Position numbers and translations under genes: made by a program
The notes under the pieces: model-generated
Told to the model about the DNA's origin: nothing
Database searches by the model: none
What the model saw: the letters and a program-made list of their open reading frames with translations, nothing else
NCBI GenBank assembly: GCA_002633005.1
Contig: NMRA01000488.1
Coordinates: 98,194-162,193 of the forward strand
Length of the DNA stretch: 64,000 bases
Direction: 5' to 3'
Source: Phoronis australis
Taxonomy: Eukaryota > Animalia > Phoronida
In this document: positions 36,701-47,000 of the stretch, piece by piece
Numbering within the stretch: position 1 is the first letter of the stretch
Layout: each line of letters begins with the position of its first letter

Positions 36701-39700
36701 AGTCACGTGATCAATATGCTGAATGATCTGTCTGATGAGCTGGTCGGCCGAATGAGCATGCTACATCTGACCCACAAGACCACTTTTCAAGACTTGTACG
36801 CTATCTTGACCAAGATAAAGACTGTAAGTATGAGGCCCTCTGTTTGAAAATTAAAGAAAAGTCCTCTTCTGCCAAGGTAAATGTGTCCTTAGACCAGTAA
36901 TTTATTTATCTAGTGTCTGTTTTGACAATGGTCGCATGTGGGGAATCGATGGCAATCAGGACGTTAGGTGCTACATGTCATTTCCCTAGGAGCAACTTAT
37001 GACCGCTGCCTGTTTGTGGCAACTTTCTTTCCTGTGCCTTTTAGAATCTATGGACTATAAAAACTAAAAACATTATAGACTGTGCTCAAATACATTATAG
37101 TTTATGCATATGAGTTTCTAGTCCAAGTTTGCACTTGATGACCTTTATATTCGTGTGACAAACTTGAGTAAAAACTCGAAAGTTTAAGTTCAAACTCGAA
37201 TTTTTACCCTTGATGTTGGGTTTATCAACTGCAAACTGTGACTAAAAAATTGTCCACATATGTCATTATGAATATAATAATAGACACTTATCTTGAGTTC
37301 GCACAAAAATAGAGTACAAAATACCAAACATAATTTCGAGTTCCATTTTTAGTAAAAGATTAGAACCTGGGGCCAAGGATCAGTATTACTTCAAACGTTT
37401 TTTTACAATCGCATTATCGAAATTAATAGTCACACTGATCTAGTTCAAAAAGTGTTAACAGTAAACAGACTCTCCCGCTTAATCATTTCTTGTTGTTCGA
37501 ATGCAGGTGATTGGGTAACTTTTCAGGTAAGAGACAAAACGTTACTGAATGGCCCTCAACTGATTCATGTTCAGAGCCTGGATTTCTACAGTAAAGTTGT
37601 GCAGCTTCCTATCTTGAACAACGTGATCATTTACACCAGGAAACCCAACATCACCTTCATACAGTCATCCATGGATAGCCAACTGAAAGACAACGAAATG
37701 GCCACCAATCTGTTTCAGGCTGGACTACGCATCCACATAAAAGGGGTCAGTAAAATACTCAGCCAGTGCGTTATCACAGATGTCAGTCAGTTGAAGCCGG
37801 AAGATGCCAAGCTCATTTCTGAGGTTGCCACGGAAAAGATGTCGGTGACGCAGAACCTTAACACCCCACCGGCTAGTCCTGCGTCGACAACAGTTATGTT
37901 CAAGTCTCACTTCGCTTATGAAGAGTGGCATGGCTTGCGTCGTTATTCCAGCATTGATGTGGCCCGGATAGCAGAGAAACGTAAGCGACAGAGAGCGGGC
38001 CTCAGCGATGCGTATACCAGTATATCCGATAACGTCTTTGTTAACTACTCACTGAAATTTGCCGGTATTGCAAAATGCCTCGATGCCATCAACAAGGTCC
38101 AGGCCAACGATGTTCTGCAGGTTACTGATGTCACTGTTGGTCTCCTCGACACTGGAGTCTCTATGTTCCATAAGGCATTCTCTCCAGATCAGATTCTTGC
38201 TGTTCAGAATTTTGTCAAGGGAGATAGTTTGGATGCTATGTGGGATGTTAACGGCCAAGGCACCCATTGTTGCGGCATCCTTGCAGGTGGTGCGTATGCA
38301 GCGCAGGTTCCATCCAATGCGCAGATAATAGACGAGCCATTAAAATTCGTCAATGGGGTTGCACCGTTTGCCAAACTTGTTATGGCCAAAGTGCTTGACC
38401 GATCGACCTACAGCTCCTCTGAAAGCTTAGCTGAAGGAATTGAGTGGATGCTCCAGTTGGAAGAACACGATCCTCTCTACAAGGTGGACATTATTTCCAT
38501 CTCAGCGGGCGACATGCAGTACTGTCATCGACTCCGAGCAGCCGTATCCATGGCTACTGTTAAAGGGAAAGTTGTGATTTGTGCTAGCTCCAATGACGAA
38601 GAAAGCCACCAGACGGGGATAGTGTACCCAGCGCGATTTGCTGATGTCATCTGCGTTGGCAGTCATAATGCCAGAGGTCAAGTGTCAAGGTTCACGCCCT
38701 TGGGTGAGCTTTTTTGATGCTTCTTTAGATAATGTGTTCACTGCAGCTGAAGCAATAGAAACTTTTAACGTACATTCAAACTTCTCTTGTATGTGGATTT
38801 GTCTTGCTATAATTGTTATCATACATAAACCTTGCTTTTTGCCATTCCATGGCAGTATTGTGGAATGCCAATAAAAATATGAAGAAACTTTATTGCTGCA
38901 GTTCTTGTTATAAATGTTTGAGAGGCAGAAACCTTGAAAACTTTATAAAGTTGGGCAAAATTTCATGATTAATCTCTATTTTGTTTTAGTGAGAGTACTT
39001 GCATTCAAAGTCTTGAATCATTGAACATTAACACTAGGCAAGCCTTATTACATGTTTGCATATAGGACGCGAGATGGACTTCCTTGGACCCGGGGATGAC
39101 ATTTGGTCTGCTGCACCAGGGTCCAGTACAGCTGTCCAGAGGCTCAGTGGTACAGCCATGTCTGCACCCTTTGTCGCTGGCGTGGCTGCTTTGGTGCTGC
39201 GATATGCGGAGGCTGTTGGTAAGTCTCATGTTTAGGGAGCATCTCCACTTGAAGTTTTAACTGTATTCTGCAATAGTAGGATATAACGTGCCGACATTTT
39301 GAGAATCATTATTCAGTTGAGAAAACTAGCTCTGGAAATACAGGGATGTTGTATCCAGCTATTATTGCTGTAGTCGTAGTGGTTTACACACTAAGTGTTT
39401 GATTTGAGAAACTTGTAAATCAGTATTGGCTTCAAGCCGAGAGTGGGTATTTCAAGTGAAATGAAAAATCGGGTCGGCGTTGAGCCGAGGTAAAAATTCA
39501 AGTTGATACCCAGAGAGCTGCACTTATGTGAGTCACTTTGCATGCGGTAGTCAAATAAGACTTTGGCTGAAAATACACATTGCACTCGTGTAATTCATAG
39601 GACAGCAAATTCTTCATGGTAGTATTCACGTACTGGATATTTTAAAAGAAACTAAATGCACAGAGTGTATATCGGGTTTGGGTGTATTACAGGATATGAG

Positions 39701-40248
39701 CAAAATAGTAAAGAAATTGGAGACTGGCCGTTAAACTGAATAATGTTGTTAATCTAGACGAGTACTAATAGTTAACTAATACTGTTTCCATTTTGACATT
39801 GTAAATTTTTAGAAAATACTGGGATTATGAACAATCTGGTTAGTTCCTCGAAAATAAACACGCAAGCCACATAGGCAGTATGATTGCCACTGAAACATGA
39901 TTGGATGACCCTTGGGAGTGTCACCCCACAATGCCATGGTCAAGATATCTCACTGCTAGAATTCTGATTGGCTTCTTTGAAGCAAATTAGCATAAATGTA
40001 CACTTCAGAAATGTGCCCAGTCACAACTCTAATTTTGCTTTTGTCATTCAGGAGGTGAAAGTTTGAGGAAATTGGCATGCAACAATGCCGTCATGCGGGA
40101 AATCCTGCGCGTCATGTCAAGCAGCCCGGGCCACCACAGTGAGGCTTACGGCTATGGAAGCATCAACCCTTGGCGTGTTTTTGAGTTTGGAACGGACTAC
40201 TTTAAGAACCTCGTCACTAAGATTGTGTATGGTGAAGTTCAGCAGTAA
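33571..40248 (+). CDS. RRM-containing intracellular subtilisin-like (S8A) pseudoprotease, ~782 aa, 7 coding exons
   Basis: Exons 33571-33739, 34894-34991, 35902-36198, 36566-36823, 37527-38703, 39066-39218 and 40052-40248 join with GT-AG and matching phases (2349 nt, no internal stop). S8 motifs: LLDTGV, NGQGTHCCG, GVAPFAKL, ASSND, YPARF, SGTAMSAPFVAG, YGYGSIN. Confidence 0.85.
34894..34991 (+). CDS. Coding exon 2 (end of RRM)
   Basis: tttcag|, phase 1, VVDLILQDTQH..., donor GAA|GTAGGT (alternative donor at 35074). Confidence 0.7.
35902..36198 (+). CDS. Coding exon 3 (unassigned region)
   Basis: ttgtag| ... AAG|GTTGGT, phase 0/0, 99 codons. Confidence 0.8.
36566..36823 (+). CDS. Coding exon 4 (unassigned region)
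   Basis: ttttag| ... ACT|GTAAGT, phase 0/0, 86 codons. Confidence 0.8.
37527..38703 (+). CDS. Coding exon 5: linker plus S8 Asp, His-position and oxyanion motifs
   Basis: Lies within the 421-aa ORF. Acceptor tttcag| at 37526 (phase 0), donor G|GTGAG at 38704. Confidence 0.9.
39066..39218 (+). CDS. Coding exon 6: S8 nucleophile motif (not in the ORF track)
   Basis: GREMDFLGPGDDIWSAAPGSSTAVQRLSGTAMSAPFVAGVAALVL; atatag| ... G|GTAAGT. Confidence 0.9.
40052..40248 (+). CDS. Coding exon 7 (last): S8 C-terminus
   Basis: attcag|, phase 1, MREILRVMS...YGYGSINPWRVF, ends TAA. Confidence 0.85.
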
Positions 40249-41949
40249 ATGAGACTCTTACTGAATTGGGTGTAATGCGGGTATGCGTGCATGAGTTGGG
40301 AGAGCGAGGCTGCAGGTGTTGTATCTATTCAAGCATAGAATTTTTAGAATCGCAAAATAACGAACCTTTATGAAATGATTTTCTTTCCGTAACATTTGGT
40401 CTTGATGACGTATTTTCTTGTTAAGTATTTTAACTCCTCAAACTTTTTTTTTGAAAATTGTTCCTGTACCGAGTTGTTCTGGACAGTCTGTCGGGACCAT
40501 ATACTGTGACCTGAAAAACTAATCCCTAATTTGGGGTATACAATGAGATTTACGCTAGCCAGTTTTTGTTGAAGAAGTGCCCACATTTATCTGTATCTCT
40601 TTGTTTAGCCTGGAGAGCATGGAAGCATGCACTTAAGTAGCAAGGGTGTGAAGTTCTGAATATGTAACCTGCTTGACATGCAATCTTACCTGAAAGCATG
40701 TGATGTTATGTCAGTGTTGGAATTGCCTACTGATATTGTTGTAACCACAGCTAGTCTCTTCCATGTAATCTTATCTACAAGCATATGTTACATTGGTGTA
40801 TAATAACCTACTGATGTTATATCGACATCCAGTCTCTTCCATGTAATCTTATCTATAACCAGGTGGTATTATGTCAGTGTTGGGATACCCTGGTGATATG
40901 GTCATGTTCACTGGGCTAATGCCTAGACCATTTAAACTGAGAAATCGAAAATCAAGGCGTGGACCTTAAACCAAACTTAACAATACATGGTCGCTTAAAA
41001 GTGAAATTGCTTCAAATTTTGACATAGGAAGTTAGCAATACGTGGACATCACCTGTAAAAGAGGGTGCCCATTGTACACGGAGAACTCTAATGATCGTTT
41101 TTGTTACAACTCAAACTGATGTCTATACATCCAGTAAAAAGAGTAATGCCTTATATGTTCATTTAATTATTCTGTCGCATTTTGTTATGATTTATAAGGC
41201 AGTAGTTCGTAAGTTGGGGCTTGAACCAAGCTGCATACTAATTCGTAGGCTGTATAATTTTAAAAAATGCTGAATTTCGTTACGGGTTTTGTTTTTGTGC
41301 CATACGGAAGTGATCTTTATGCAAGGTTTGCTATTTTTATGCATTAAGAATTTCAATACTTAATGCAGCTATTTCTTAAAATGTTGAATCCGTTCTTTTT
41401 GGTGATGGACCAACTATGACTGATGGGCTCATATGTTGTCAAAGGCAATAGGTGCCAGGGTGCAGAAACTACTGACTACCATTTTGACAATTTTTTGTCT
41501 CATTGTTACCTTTAATCTTCTTGACTAAAGCTGATGTACATACCAGTATTATGTACTCTACTTATTCAAGGCATGCTGTGTTTTGACTCGGGGAAGGCTT
41601 GGATCTCTGCAAGTTCTCTAGGCATGTACAATTTTAATAGGTTTAAAATATAAGACTGAATTCAGGAACAAAATATAAGGAAATTAAGTTTGTTCGCATA
41701 ATTGTGTGGTACTGACTTCCAAAGGACAAGTCTTCCCGTGAAAAAATCAAATTTGTTAATGTTCGCACTACGCAGTGTCCGTATTCCATGGGAAATTTTG
41801 GAAAGGAACAAAATTTGTAACGAGTTGTGTAGAACATGCTTGTAAATTGAGCTTATTTGTGCTTCATTGGTGTTACTTATTTGCAGTTATCTGATCAACA
41901 TTACTAGAGTGTCACTGGAAGTAGGCACACCCACATAATCATTTTGTAT

Positions 41950-42179
41950 TATGCGCTCACCCAGGGTGAAGTGGGTAAAAATGTCCGCCTCAGAGAAACA
42001 AAAAGTCCGAGAAAACGAGACAAAAGTCCACTAAAAAGGCACAGACGCACAGTTCAAGGACCTGAAGGTGGTACCCCCATTTTTTTCTGCTGTTTTTAGT
42101 CCTCTCACTTTTTTGTCAGCAAAAGGTCCACTTTGTCAGGGATTCATGCCCCCCATATTAAAGGCTGGGTGCGCGCATG
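41950..42179. mobile_element. MITE with 14-bp TIR and 5-bp TSD (hAT-like)
   Basis: ATGCGCTCACCCAG / CTGGGTGCGCGCAT, flanked by TGTAT on both sides. Confidence 0.75.
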
Positions 42180-42217
42180 TGTATGTATTATTAAATAAAT
42201 CGAATAGATGTTAGAAT

Positions 42218-42355
42218 ACTGTGCAGTTACCGACGGATAAGAATGTAAAATAGTAAAAATAAAATGAGCGTCGGTACTCGGAACGTGAGGAATATTTTAA
42301 TATATTTTAATACCAACGCTTGTCATTTTATTTTTACTGTTTGTACTATTGTATG
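42218..42355. repeat. Dispersed fold-back repeat shared with 59527..59760
   Basis: Both copies share AGTAAAAATAAAAYGAGCGT and GGAATAYTTTAATATATTTTARTACC. Confidence 0.6.
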
Positions 42356-43961
42356 CATTATGAAAGCTTTTTGTTGTTAACCTGTAAGTATACTAAACAC
42401 GTACAACCTGCAAGTTGATCGTAACCAATTTGAATCTAGTCTGCCGATGTGGCTTGAAGTTTTTGGATATTCTTATTAATCCTATGTGTACTTTCTGAAA
42501 GCTGGCATTTTGCACATTACAATGCGTTTTATTAACAAATGAAATCAATGATTTGAATGAATCATTGGTGGCATAATCAGATAACCTATTCCAAACAAAT
42601 TCTATAGCAAAATAGTTGGGGATTGGTGAAATTTCATCAGTTTTGATAGATTACAATTGTTATTTTGTTGAGAAAGTGTTTGCCGCTTTATTTTAATGAA
42701 TAATAGTAATTGATACATAGCGCTTTATTTGTTTCGTTTTATTGATCTAGAAAATATGGCTTGAACAACGTTTTCATCGGTTACTGGTCAGGAATAAGAT
42801 ATGTTCTTTAATCAATGCAGCCCAAATATCCTTACTATAGCTCAGCGTACTGCTTGCCCACCTAGATTCGTGATCTCCACTTTGCCGCCTGTCCACGTTT
42901 GATGCGCCCCTGATTCATCACACACCCACGTGTCTAAATTCAAATAGAAACAAGGAGCTTGAAATGCATATGCTACTTTTTAGACAACAATCCTGCCTGC
43001 GTATATGCGCGCCGTTCTTTGTCCCGTGGGATCCTTGACTAACAAAGAGCATCATGCTGGTGAACACCATTATGTTCAAGATGACTCATTCGTCATCAGC
43101 GCCTATCCTGGTTTTGAAGGGAAAATAATGTATTGTGATTGGTCAATAACTGATCAACTACGACCAGTCATAAGTCCCCAGGCAAGCACGCCTTCAATAT
43201 ACTAGAACAATATAAAACAGTAAAAAATACACAATAAATATTTCATTTTTATTATTGAAAATTGTTTTTATAACATTCTGTACCATTAAAAATACATTGC
43301 ATGGGTCAATAACTTAATACACGAAACATGGGCCCTGGTACCAGTCCAGCAGGTGTGTACGCCACTTGCCAAGCCATTATGAAAATTCTTCAGACGCCAC
43401 TGCATAACAGTTTAATACATTAATTCATCTGGGTGAAAAAATTGGATAATAATGTGATGAGCTGGATAATGGGTGTCGCGAATAAAAGCTTTGATTCAGA
43501 GTATCTTGACCTCTTGTGGTATTGAAATATGTAATTAATGTTTCTACAAGTTCTATTTTCACACCATAATCTTCAACTTTCAAAAGTTTTGAGTTACATT
43601 CTGCCATGATTTCATCCTCATATATTTTGATTTCATAATTTCTGTTGTAAAAAAACAAGATTTATTCCCGAGCAGCCCGGCCAAAATGAAAAGTTTATCA
43701 TTAACAATAGGTAGTTATCTTAGTTTACAAATCACTTCCTCACTTCAAGAAAACAATACCTTTTTTCCTCTTGCTACTAGAACGTGAAACCGAAAAATAT
43801 GCTGAGTTCATCAAACTGAATATAAGAAATGTCATAACCACACAGTGGGATGTGCTCGTTGAGATTGGGCTCCATTGAAGAAGGTCTAATGGTTGCACAT
43901 GGTCAAATCATGTAATACGGTTATTTACGTCTTGGTCTGGAAATCTCCTTGGTGTGACTTT

Positions 43962-44039
43962 CTACCTGGCTGTGTTCTTGAGGGCTTTCAGGTGGCGTCT
44001 TCGCGTTGGAGTTTGGCAAACAGGGCAAAATCGGCTGCT
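43962..44039 (-). CDS. RTEL1: RTEL1 last exon (RING end)
   Basis: ttttcag| [25 protein letters not shown]. Confidence 0.8.
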   Translation of the reverse strand, partial: SSRFCPVCQTPTRRRHLKALKNTAR

Positions 44040-47000
44040 CTGAAAAAGGACGAGAGAAATGACATGAATTGCACCGAATCACTCTTCAACAAGCCAATTT
44101 CACTGGCAGATCTAGGATGTCTTCAGGCAAGGGCAACCCCATCTTTTGTGGGAGAAATCTGTGTAGGCCCTAAAAACAGCATGCTGTTTTTTGGTCACGG
44201 GGGCGGCCTGCTAGGCCCACCCATAAACTATCTTTGAATTTTACCATGCATCTACAGGCACCTTTTAAATATTGGCACACTCTCGGAACTCGCTATGGTA
44301 TAATATCCATATATACATTCATTCCATTGCACGGGCCCACAATTACGACAGAACTCAGATCCTTTGCCAGAAACGATTTCATAGATCACCCTTAATCAGA
44401 CAACTACACCAGAAGCTAAATCAGTTTCATTTCAGCCAATCAGCAACGCCGAACCAGTCGTCTGCTATTCTTCACCAGAAATGTAAAGTCTACTCACTTC
44501 AAACTGCTGCTTCCAACAGGGCATACAACAGATGTGGCCACAAGGGGCTTGAAGAGGAACAAAGGCACCAAGGTTTTTACTTGAGGAGGCGCACACAGCA
44601 CAGTCGTACACTGAAACAATATGAAACATTGGTACACACATCCACTTGCAGTACAGTACAGTAAAAGAAGACAAAAGTAATCAGACAAAATACAGTGCAA
44701 GACAAAGTAATCAGACAAAATACCAATTCCCCGTCATGATCTCTAAATATTTTAACAGCAAAAGTGACTGCAAATGACTTTGATTTCGCCAAAATTCTAA
44801 TTACACAATACCTCAGCCACCTTTCTAATTTTCTAGTTAATTCCCCTTCATTCTCAGTCACCAGGGGAGACTACTCCAACAACAAATTCAGCTTCTGCCC
44901 AGTAATCATTATGGGAACTTTGCACCATTTTGTCTCAATTCTTATAGTGTGTACAGTATATTTTATGACTTTTGGTTTTCTTTTTAATTAACACAGTACT
45001 TCTGATTATTCTGTGACCACATATAATAAGTGCATATAAACATGGAACACAGACGTGTGAATGTAACAGTTGTGGAGGTTGATAGGTGGACAGAAAATTA
45101 TGACTGGTTGACATGTAGTATATAATTGTAGCTATTCAACAGTGCATCGATAGCAAGAACTCGTCCCAACAAATGATGTTCTAAATTTCCGAGCTTCTGG
45201 CTTGTAACTTTGCCAGATACTGGATCCCACAAATTAAGCTATACTATTACTAATATAAAACAGAATGGCAAACGAGAAATAAAAATCTTTGAAACATTCA
45301 GGCATGATTCCAGACGATGCAAAATCAAAGCTGTTTGCTCTTGTGATCAATAAAATATAAAATAATTGTGTCAACTCACCACATCTCAAATTTTTATTCA
45401 GCTGTTGTAACGTATACTTGTCTCCAATGTCCCCAGGATTTTTAAACTCTGAAATCAGTGAATTGCCACAATTTTCCACAAAGTATGATAATTTTCACGA
45501 AACATTATTTAAAAAAAAAACATTAACAACAACTTTAATTGGACCAGAGATTAACAAATGTTAAAAGAAATTAGTCAAAGTGTTCAGCAACTAATAAAAC
45601 TAAAAATACCAGATTGAAGAAATCAACATACTAATCATTATAATTTTACTTCATCTTCAAAATTAGCTTTAATCTAAACCAAAATGGCTGCTTACCTGTA
45701 GTATCACTTCCTGTTGGCAATCTGTCAGCAGTGGTAGCTCCATGGACGTCTGATGACCCTGTGCTGCTGACTAGCACTGGCTGAATACCATTGTCCTTGC
45801 CATTCACCACAGTTACACTTGAAGCAGTATTATCTCCCCTTGCAACTGGTATGTCGTTATGTTCTAAGGTACTACACGATGCCACCTTGCGACTGGCCTC
45901 TGCCACTCGACAACATTCAACAACGGTGTTGGTCTTGCTGGATTTGTGTTCACCTTTGACCCCGAGGTCACACCGACTAAGCACACCAGCACCAAGATCA
46001 GGATAGTCTGGCCTACAGTCAGAAGGAGTCACATGAGGCTTAGTCTTGAAACTTTCCAATGGAGTAACTGTTATCTTGGTTCGCTTGGTTCTGTTTGGAG
46101 CTGCAAGACAGAACATATTGAAGTTGTCACAAGCTGAGAAATTCATGGTATCAGCTTAATATGTACCAGCAAATGCTGATTCACAATAAGGTTGATCAAT
46201 TTCGAAATTTCGTTTACAGTGCTGCTGTCCTCTTTCAAATGCATTGTGGAATGGAAGGGTGCCAGTACGTAAACATGCGGTGACAGATAACTTCTGGACA
46301 CGTAACTTGATTCATAATTTCAGCTGGTGAGATTGACATTAGGTTGATCAGATGACGCATCCCTAGATAATTTTTGCAAAAAATTGCTAACCTATGCATG
46401 TTATGTCGCTGAATGTTTACAAGCCGTCAACCTTCCTACAACACATTTGAAGAATGACAGCAGCGGCGTGAATGAAATCCCCCAAACTGACCGTTGGTTA
46501 TGAGATGTTCCTTCACAGAACACAGCCAGACCTTACACATTACAAAAATATCACTCATTGTTAAGGGAAAATTCTCCTAACACTACCAAAACAGCTGAAG
46601 GATTTAACAAAAATGACAGGTATCACATACCCTGCTTGGCTTCATCGTTCATCAGCCTCTTCTTGGACAAGGCATGTTCTGGTTTAAACCCACAGCCCTG
46701 ACCAGTGATGTTGCAACACAGCTCATCATAGTTCTTTTTGTGTTCAGGTAACACATAGCGGTAAAAGTCTAAACATGCAGAGAACGACATGAACAAAAAA
46801 CAATGTGGAGAAAGAAAATTAACATGCAATCTCTAAACTCGAAATCAAACTCCAGCTTAGCTGTGTTGACCATTAATGCACTCAGTACTTTGAGACTTAA
46901 ACAGATGAGTACATAAAACACAGTTACTACTGACTAGGTGATCTCAGATTCACGCTAAACAGATTCAAATGTGAGATTTCACGTTAAAAAACAACTCGCC

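Noticed and set aside
37507-37526. Acceptor at 37506 as the start of the large exon
   Set aside because: It is phase 1, but the preceding donor is phase 0, giving GTG ATT GGG TAA. It would need an unseen exon, whereas 37527 fits directly.
37452-38717. 421-aa ORF as a stand-alone bacterial subtilisin gene or contamination
   Set aside because: It lacks the Ser motif, which lies in the next GT-AG exon, and the flanking exons are in phase. It is one exon of a spliced gene.
33571-40248. TPP2, MBTPS1 or PCSK ortholog
   Set aside because: No signal peptide, TM segment or P-domain, no TPP2 Asp-His insert, and an N-terminal RRM.
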